Shown in pieces: positions 7,601 to 11,561 of a stretch of 11,561 nt of DNA. The stretch covers positions 65,517 to 77,077 of the forward strand of contig CAYFHS010000018.1 of NCBI GenBank assembly GCA_964342815.1, read 5' to 3'. Position 1 is the stretch's first letter. Each line of letters starts with the position of its first letter. A program made the translations under genes and the position numbers. The stretch is from an uncultured archaeon (lineage in GTDB: Archaea > Thermoplasmatota > Penumbrarchaeia > JASLWR01). Under the pieces are notes generated by a model. It was not told the origin of the DNA. It saw only the letters and a program-made list of their open reading frames with translations, and did no database searches.

Positions 7601-8211
7601 TCCATGTTGTACAGAAAAATAGTAATCTGGTGTATTCCGTCCACGTCCGGTTCAGGACCGAAAACAGAGGTATCGGTGGGATAGATGGTTTTATTGAATT
7701 CATTCTCCAGGTTATCGATCTGTCCCTGATTGTAATTTGCACCAGTCTCGACGTAAATGAAAGAATGCTCACCCACACTTCTGCATGTTGCGCTTTTCCG
7801 CTGCCATCGTCCGTTGTCGTAATTGATCGCCCAGAGATTTTTCCGGTCACCTACGTTATCCCTTCCGGCCCTTGGAACGCGGGCGTTCACCGGAGGGGCT
7901 GAGGCTTTGAGACCACATTCGGCAAGATATTGCGTAGCGTCTACCCAGGTACCGTTATTACCTTCATGGAAATCCGGAAGTGGGCCAATATCAAGGAAAG
8001 CCTCACTATTACGGTGTTTAATAATCGAATCATCTTTAATTTTATCATCCATATCACTGCGATCCAATTCGGGAATGGAGTTCTTTGGATATTTCTCGTC
8101 GAAAACGATTTCATCTCTGCTAACAGCTCTTGATACCGGGCTTACCTGCCACATATTAAGAAGAATGAATCCTGCGGTTAGAAAAATCAATACCTGTCTG
8201 GGAGATGCCAT
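1672..8211 (-). CDS. Giant (~2180 aa) single-pass cell-surface zinc metalloprotease, M30/hyicolysin-like gluzincin domain plus multidomain stalk, TM helix, double zinc ribbon and acidic cytoplasmic tail
   Basis: One uninterrupted 6.5-kb ORF. ATG 8211 (MASPRQVLIFLTAGFILL, signal peptide) is preceded by GGCGG and is preferred over TTG 8247. HEFQH lies at 7441-7455 with a downstream NEG third-ligand motif at 7390-7398. The TM helix is at ~2938-3000, followed by RRKKRR. Two CxxC-x10-CxxC ribbons lie at 2701-2874. Stop is TAA 1672-1674. Confidence 0.92.
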   Translation of the reverse strand: MASPRQVLIFLTAGFILLNMWQVSPVSRAVSRDEIVFDEKYPKNSIPELDRSDMDDKIKDDSIIKHRNSEAFLDIGPLPDFHEGNNGTWVDATQYLAECGLKASAPPVNARVPRAGRDNVGDRKNLWAINYDNGRWQRKSATCRSVGEHSFIYVETGANYNQGQIDNLENEFNKTIYPTDTSVFGPEPDVDGIHQITIFLYNMDGAWGTGGYFTSINEIVNPNSPNYPYSNHMEIFYIDLADLSTWGKQIAAHEFQHMIHYNGDFNENAWINEGCSDLAIIKNYGFSTGVSGHVNSFKNNHDKDLTVWGQTNQDYGASAAFLDYLEEHYGGESFIKSLVDENSNSINGVNRVLAAYGYKERFTEVFKNWTVANKLDNPSVAGGVYNYKNITLRIPDTGSYNYTHYPLGKTNRNVNHWAADYYRFTDGIGMLEFSFNGNDGASFALMIIKEGPGGTDVEELKLDSKQDGDFGILGFGPTYTDMVIVVACVSSGSGKVSYSFTADTSNKPLIIHEPLENNNNINGPHNINATIVDPDYNLNVSSLRLYFNKNGSRYYTELMLNNVGNDDYSAMIPGPSENVTIFYYLSAADADMNITTSPFVANPLDNSTVHSFMVIPDYTPPVIQHLPLVDTVFNGPFEIILKVTDDWFLDLDSISLFYNRTSSPAFQQLKMESTGVPDQFKAYIPVIPMGESIYYYFTARDSYMIPNAARLPVADYFSFRVLVPAGVLLVDDDEAGNYTSFDNWYRDALNYTGLAFDSYRVPPVEDGPNATILNRYDTVIWETGDEWGDYMTEPESGRTLTNIDLVSLSEYLDQGGNLFLSGSFIGLEIRYDIFFSNYLHMDYEGAVNYTGPQSVYGVEDDRIGDNISITLSNRSSDSRDRFMCNYSVSDGTEVIFNVPEKNFDVGFRIDEEDYRAVYLSFPFEEISQDIHRNTIMARILEFLSPNLLISHDSLENTVDLTDPYIVEMSVESGKPVEFAYLVYSIDGTNEKTVPMVYSPTEGIYSGNVPAQPENATVYYYIMAQNGRKCRGFHPADMSLGNMDTWNRFKVFANDIEPPFIVHEPKFDVLYVDNYTFYANAWDNVALNRSSFSVEYTFDSTLDESRVMRSKFSKMSQDLNIAHVEGPPGNIYYRIVVADIVGNIMTYPFSGYHELNIYFHDNLERDILNWSFPGSQNIWELTERNSTTFPPLSLSGQTFPNDFFISTGADSNYTPGVDSRIISPPIDLTRAKVPELSFYMWANLTGYQGAEPGDQVFDELILEAYDKSYTTIATYNHSTLPMENEWMRLKVDLSDFSGKVIRISWHIVDRDITTQSRGVALDFIKITGNFNNTAPELHSYSIFPESGFNDTLFTFNVTYTDLENDEPEYVGLVLDDTFIAMTPLEDWDKNLLDGKNYSVNVLLHPGNHSYRFNTRNLFDDISTPMIQGPTVHSPNSPPKFSIPDLEVFAGHQLNYTVQAIDPNNDPLFFFDNSNLFDIDIVTGAFSFTPGLDDVGKHFVWIGVGDWNEVIWNGFNLTVLPNNPPVVAIPGNLTAYVDIEFNFTIEAIDKENDTLTFSSANPKFNIGRDTGEIRFTPAYRDMGRHEITVDITDGISLTVTISFNLEIVRLNLAPMLLNISVTPKRGNESTRFYFTAVYLDEEDGEPEYVRVYIDNESFNMTEINSDAFSYDVGLVYQYKGTLKAGNHSYYFECKDDSGSNENSVYKSPTHYIYINSTQSNEEVDQDEEDTKGLMAEYLQWIVLGFVLLLTLLVIIMVSVFRRKKRRQQEKEQEKKLSSTHSCPVCKADIGKYETVCPNCDYRLSKRSNIYKKKDDYPETRTCPGCYSKVSSKEIKCPYCKIKLGRKKTKKVIEDAPEIVDFTIEKEPTLKYKKPEPRRRTRKRTLKKKEKEDEGKPKLIFKRPDDYPVEANDDEVEEEDFFEMELAKIVGEREDEEDQVKHRELHTEKSNEDGIKEDHDEDEEIDESLREDYTDHVQAGILEDAEESHEADYVMESFGDDSVGGEGIWDDDEESSAGIWDSDEGSSAEGIWDGEEESSAVGIWDGEEESSSEGERDSDEESGGKSFQWLDADEIVRDDDDDIWDDDDYEIRDTFVLSDEDIDEERSYAEAVFEVYDSYSEAGDAVASWDEDDAEDFFEIIEETPEEMRSKVPLTKKKLKKKRKKGVKAIRNDKEFVADWDD
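2035..2205 (-). repeat. In-frame 33-36-bp tandem repeat (5 units) encoding G(I/E)(W/R)DxxEESS(A/S)x in the acidic tail
   Basis: On the + strand, units begin gct(t/c)... at 2035, 2071, 2107, 2143 and 2176. They encode GIWDDDEESSA, GIWDSDEGSSAE, GIWDGEEESSAV, GIWDGEEESSSE and GERDSDEES. Confidence 0.92.
2701..2874 (-). other. Double zinc-ribbon module on the predicted cytoplasmic side of the protease
   Basis: CPVCKADIGKYETVCPNC and CPGCYSKVSSKEIKCPYC, each with two CxxC pairs, about 20 aa after the TM helix. Confidence 0.85.
3391..3912 (-). other. Two tandem cadherin-like/Ig-like (He_PIG-type) repeats in the protease stalk
   Basis: NSPPKF...VQAIDPNNDPLFF...IDIVTGAFSFTP and NNPPVV...IEAIDKENDTLTF...IGRDTGEIRFTP. 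Both show the NxPP and AxDxDxD-like motifs typical of this fold. Confidence 0.75.
6691..7860 (-). other. Catalytic region of the gluzincin-type metallopeptidase (M30-like) plus adjoining beta domain
   Basis: ATCRSVGEHSFIYVE...FGPEPDVDG...GGYF...YSNHMEIFYID...AAHEFQHMIH...WINEGCS...YGASAAFLDYLEEHYG. The HExxH motif and downstream Glu ligand are intact. Boundaries are approximate. Confidence 0.8.
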
Positions 8212-8273
8212 ATAACCGCCCTGTCTATTAAAAGTAAACGCAACCAAGGTGAAAAGTCATTTTTTTCATCTTA

Positions 8274-8299
8274 TTTATATATCTCACATTATTATATAA
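8274..8299. promoter_or_regulatory. TATA-box candidates in the divergent promoter region, probably serving the protease gene
   Basis: TTTATATA at 8274-8281 (TATATAAA on the minus strand) and the self-complementary TTATATAA at 8292-8299, about 60-85 bp upstream of ATG 8211. Confidence 0.5.
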
Positions 8300-8402
8300 T
8301 CAAACAGTCGTAATATAATGGAACCAATCGCTTTAAAAGTTTTCCCTATTCTATGGGTATTGATAAATAATCATAAAAAGACAAAATACCGAAAGAAACC
8401 CG

Positions 8403-8436
8403 TTGATAATCAGCGGTCATTATCAATATTTATAAT
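8403..8436 (+). promoter_or_regulatory. Perfect 8-8-8 dyad TTGATAAT-cagcggtc-ATTATCAA immediately upstream of a TATA box (TTTATAAT); putative operator
   Basis: The inverted repeat is at 8403-8426 and the TATA-like octamer at 8429-8436. The dyad covers the position where a BRE would sit. Confidence 0.65.
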
Positions 8437-8561
8437 CACAATTGCGTTCATCATCTGAAACTCAGCTAATGATATCAGTCCTTGGTATAACCGAGGATAG
8501 ACGCTTGGGAACATTTTTAATCTTCTTTACTATAATATATGTTAATATTCTCTATTTCAGG

Positions 8562-10805
8562 ATGATGATTGACATGGATGGAAAAGACATTTCGTCACTT
8601 CAACCCGCTGGTTTGAACCTCAGGGTCGAGGGAATTTATACACCGGATATCGGAAGGGGTATTACTTACGTTGATGTGGAATCCATGCGAAAGCTCAAGA
8701 TCGCACCCGGGGATGTCATCGCTATAAGCGGCACCAAGACCACACCTGCAAGATGCTACCCCGACAGGAAAGGGAAGGGTAATTTTATTCGGTTGGATCC
8801 TATAACCAGGCTAAATGCAGGTTTGGGACGGGAAATGGTTGTGAAAGTGGCAAAAGCAGGGTTCAAGGAGGCTCAGAAGATTGTTCTTGCACCCGATTCG
8901 GATACCTTTCTCGAGGGGGGGCCAAACATGGCCAAGAGACTGCTCAACGGTAGGGTTTTCAAAAAAGAGGACATGGTGGAGGTATATATTGGTAAGGGGA
9001 TCGGGAAGAATAGTGTCCGATGGCATGTTCTCAGTACCCTTCCATCCGCAGGATTCCTGAAATTTACAACTGAAACCGAACTTAAGATCAGAAAGAAACC
9101 CGACGAAATGGCGGCTGAAAAAGCCCAGGGCATCTCATATGATGACATTGGCGGACTTGACGATATTCTGCGCCAGATACGTGAGATGGTGGAACTCCCC
9201 TTTACATGCCCGGAAGTATTCGAAAAAGCGGGTATCGAACCTCCCCGAGGTCTTCTGCTTCACGGTCCTCCCGGTGCGGGAAAAACGTTGATCGCAAAAG
9301 CTATAGCCAATCAGACCGGAGCATATTACACATCAATAAGGGGTCCGGAGATCATAAGCAAATGGGCCGGCGAGAGTGAGAGCAACTTGAGAAAGATATT
9401 CTCGGAAGCATCTGAAAATTCCCCATCAATTATCTTCATCGATGAGATTGATTCCATTGCTGCCAGAAGAGACTCCGATGATGCAAAGGAACTTGGAAAA
9501 CGCCTGGTGGGCCAGCTTCTCACATTGATGGACGGACTTCAATCCCGTGATAAGGTTATTGTCATTGCTGCCACGAACCGTCCCAACTCCCTCGATCCGG
9601 CTCTCAGGAGACCAGGCCGATTCGATCGTGAGATAGAAATACAAGTACCGAATCAGGCGGGAAGAAGGGAGATACTTGATATATATCTCAAAAACATGCC
9701 ACTCGCCGAGGACGTTGATCCCGTTGAGCTCGCCAAATTGTCCCCTGGTTATACAGGTGCGGATATCTACACTCTGTGCAAGGAAGCGGCCATAGAGGCC
9801 ATAAACAAATACCTTCCCAAGGACCCGAAACAGGCGCTCGATCCCACAGCATTCCAGGACCTGCAGGTTAGTAACGAAGATTTCATGAACGCTCTGAAAA
9901 AGATAACTCCCTCCGAACTGCGGGAGATCCCCTCGGACGTGTCACGTATTCAGTGGGATGAAATAATCGGCATGGAGGACATAAAAGAACGGCTGAAGGA
10001 GATTGTTTGCTGGCCGCTTATACATCCTAAATTATTCCAGTACATGAAGGCAAAACCACCCCGGGGAATTCTGTTGTACGGCCCGGCGGGTTCCGGCAAG
10101 ACCCTGCTGGGAAAGGCGTTATCCGAGGCAAGCAACAGCAACCTTATATACATGAGCTCATCGGAAATAATCAACCGATGGCAGGGAGAGAGTGAGAGTA
10201 CAATTAGGAAAATATTTCAGAAAGCGAAGAGAACGGCACCGTGCATAGTCTTCCTTGATGAGCTTGATGTAATAACAAGCGTTCACGGGGGTATAACGGA
10301 TGATCTTAACCGGCGAATAATAACGCAGTTGAACGCCGAGTTCGACAAGCTGAGCGATTACAATAACGTCGTGGTTGTGGGGGCAACGAGAAGCATCGAT
10401 CTCATGGACCCGGCTCTCATCAGTCCCGGCAGACTGGAAAGGTTGGTGGAGGTGACCCTCCCCGATATCGGGACTAGAAAATCCATAATCGAGGATCAGC
10501 TGAAGGGAAGACCTCTTGCAGGTGACATCTCTTATGACAAGGTGGCGAAAATGTGTCCCGATTTTTCTGTTTCGCAGTTGAAAGCTCTATGCGAGGATGC
10601 GTCTCTTGTGGGAATTAAAAAATATCTTAAGAACGTAAAAGAGGTGGATCCCGGCAGCGAGAAGTTCCCGACTCAGGGACCGCTCATAGACATGGAAAGT
10701 CTGAAGACAGCCATCAAGGGTATCATACACCACAAGGAAGCATTAAAGAAGAAATTCAAGGGAAAGGAAAAGACAATAGAGCGGTCCAGTGCCATGTATA
10801 TGTAA
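8562..10805 (+). CDS. cdc48: Cdc48/VCP/VAT-family AAA+ ATPase, divergent paralogue with degenerate D2 ring and C-terminal HbYX motif
   Basis: The N domain is a double-psi barrel (LRVEGIYTPDIGRGITYVD...IRLDPITRLNAG). D1 has YDDIGGL, GPPGAGKT, IIFIDEID and AATNRPNSLDPALRRPGRFDREI. D2 has GPAGSGKT, IVFLDELD and GATRSIDLMDPALISPGRLER. The protein ends SSAMYM, with TAA at 10803-10805. The start is uncertain: ATG 8562, 8565 or 8574 match the usual family length, but the frame is open back to ATG 8469 and TTG 8442. Confidence 0.93.
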   Translation: MMIDMDGKDISSLQPAGLNLRVEGIYTPDIGRGITYVDVESMRKLKIAPGDVIAISGTKTTPARCYPDRKGKGNFIRLDPITRLNAGLGREMVVKVAKAGFKEAQKIVLAPDSDTFLEGGPNMAKRLLNGRVFKKEDMVEVYIGKGIGKNSVRWHVLSTLPSAGFLKFTTETELKIRKKPDEMAAEKAQGISYDDIGGLDDILRQIREMVELPFTCPEVFEKAGIEPPRGLLLHGPPGAGKTLIAKAIANQTGAYYTSIRGPEIISKWAGESESNLRKIFSEASENSPSIIFIDEIDSIAARRDSDDAKELGKRLVGQLLTLMDGLQSRDKVIVIAATNRPNSLDPALRRPGRFDREIEIQVPNQAGRREILDIYLKNMPLAEDVDPVELAKLSPGYTGADIYTLCKEAAIEAINKYLPKDPKQALDPTAFQDLQVSNEDFMNALKKITPSELREIPSDVSRIQWDEIIGMEDIKERLKEIVCWPLIHPKLFQYMKAKPPRGILLYGPAGSGKTLLGKALSEASNSNLIYMSSSEIINRWQGESESTIRKIFQKAKRTAPCIVFLDELDVITSVHGGITDDLNRRIITQLNAEFDKLSDYNNVVVVGATRSIDLMDPALISPGRLERLVEVTLPDIGTRKSIIEDQLKGRPLAGDISYDKVAKMCPDFSVSQLKALCEDASLVGIKKYLKNVKEVDPGSEKFPTQGPLIDMESLKTAIKGIIHHKEALKKKFKGKEKTIERSSAMYM

Positions 10806-10838
10806 ACAGCACAAGTCGTTTAACCGGGATTTGGCAGG

Positions 10839-10888
10839 GAAGTTCTCTTTCTCTCTTTCCTTAAGACCGGGTTTGTCCTTTTTTTCCG
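10839..10888 (+). terminator. Candidate archaeal pyrimidine/oligo-T terminator after cdc48
   Basis: A pyrimidine tract ttctctttctctctttcctt and a T7 run (ctttttttcc) lie 35-80 bp after the stop codon. Confidence 0.45.
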
Positions 10889-10985
10889 ATATTGATTATT
10901 TTTACAGAAAATGATGGATGATTTTCATCAAATGGTCTCTTTTCCGGAAATCACTGCTTGTTTTCATCGTTTGCTATCATTATTC

Positions 10986-11480
10986 GATATTATTTCCGAC
11001 AATCAGCAATAATTATCATCATTGGGAATTGGACTAACATTTTTCGGTGATCCGTTCTCGCAGACAAAAATATCATTTTTTCAAAATTACCCTTTATTGG
11101 TTCATATAATAATGATTCATAATCACTACCGAATATTTTTTCCGGTAATCACCGTTAATTATCATCTATTAGAATTACCCGCCGCGATTTTTCGGCATTT
11201 AATTTTACTTTAGGACTTCGAACCTTTTTTCTGAGGGTGTAGCTTTCGAACCTTATAACAACGATTCATACTCACGGGAAAATATTTTCTGCGGTAATCA
11301 CAATTAATTATCATCTCCGGGAATTAGCAGCTTCGTTCTAATTCGGTGATTTACTTTTCACATAGGATTTCGGATCCAATTTCAATGGCGGGCTTGATCT
11401 CGAACCTTATAACAACGATTCATACTCACGGGAAAATATTTTTTCCGATAATCACCGTTAATTATCATAACCGGGAATTA
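10986..11480. repeat. Degenerate non-coding tandem array, four ~50-80-bp cores with 146-154-bp period
   Basis: The core (a/g)atattttttccgataatcaccgttaattatcat..gggaatt occurs with anchors at 10986, 11132, 11281 and 11435. The last two copies share an identical 43-bp block (11246-11288 = 11400-11442). A weaker partial copy is at ~10940-10968. Confidence 0.85.
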
Positions 11481-11561
11481 TGGAGCCTAATATCTCACAG
11501 TAATTCTTTTCATCATATAGGAAATACAGACCATGCCTACTTTGTTCCGCAGAATCAGAGA

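Noticed and set aside
56-8215. Numerous short alternative-frame and antisense ORFs overlapping the three left-hand genes (e.g. 56..259, 717..1118, 1100..1294, 1594..1839, 2254..2565, 3407..3844, 4735..5100, 7437..7850, 7823..8215)
   Set aside because: They lie entirely within or across long ORFs with coherent domain structure and show no recognisable motifs. They are the expected shadow ORFs.
8212-8247. TTG start at 8247 adding MVAFTFNRQGGY to the protease
   Set aside because: ATG 8211 gives a normal signal peptide and is preceded by a GGCGG RBS-like sequence inside the supposed extension.
8403-8426. Xer/dif site or canonical Fur box
   Set aside because: dif sites have ATAA-N6-TTAT whereas this is ATAA-N10-TTAT. 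Fur boxes are 7-1-7 whereas this has an 8-bp spacer.
8811-10174. Antisense ORFs within cdc48
   Set aside because: They are short shadow ORFs opposite a well-conserved gene.
11022-11213. 63-aa plus-strand ORF, and a similar open frame from ATG 11385 to the window end
   Set aside because: These have a TTG or weak start, AT-rich composition and no recognisable protein features. They are best explained as read-through of the repeat array.
11215-11410. tRNA T-loop-like GGTTCGA on the minus strand (three copies near 11217, 11245 and 11400)
   Set aside because: Flanks do not form a 5-bp T stem, and no acceptor, D or anticodon arms can be built.
10986-11480. CRISPR array
   Set aside because: The conserved blocks are 50-80 bp and divergent, the period is ~150 bp, the inter-repeat segments resemble each other, and no cas genes are in the window.
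10940-11480. Replication origin with ORB elements
   Set aside because: There is no GTTCCAGTGGAAAC-like ORB or G-string and no cdc6/orc1 in view. It is not supportable here, though not excluded without the downstream sequence.
11533-11561. Possible start of the next gene (ATG CCT ACT TTG TTC CGC AGA ATC AGA, MPTLFRRIR)
   Set aside because: Only nine codons are visible, which is not enough to call a CDS.

Overview
This window is most likely archaeal. The VAT-type Cdc48 ending in an HbYX tail, the TTTA(T/A)A-type TATA boxes and a sequon-rich surface protein all point that way. A sediment Thermoplasmatota-like lineage is my inference from protein style only. There are four real genes. (1) A polytopic membrane protein with Pro/Gln/Tyr-rich repeats at both ends, whose frame runs off the left edge. 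(2) A small lipoprotein-like PDZ protein with a C-terminal TM helix. (3) A convergent, ~2180-aa single-pass surface zinc metalloprotease (HEFQH...NEG, M30/hyicolysin-like gluzincin) with a long Ig-like stalk and a ~420-aa cytoplasmic tail made of two zinc ribbons plus Trp-acidic repeats. (4) A divergently transcribed Cdc48/VAT AAA+ ATPase with an intact D1 ring but a D2 ring lacking the sensor-1 Asn and the first Arg finger. The last ~650 bp are AT-rich and hold a degenerate array of ~150-bp units. Each unit carries a GATAAT-N8-ATTATC-type dyad, and a perfect version of that dyad lies directly upstream of a TATA box in the cdc48 promoter region. No RNA genes, CRISPR array or mobile-element genes were recognised.
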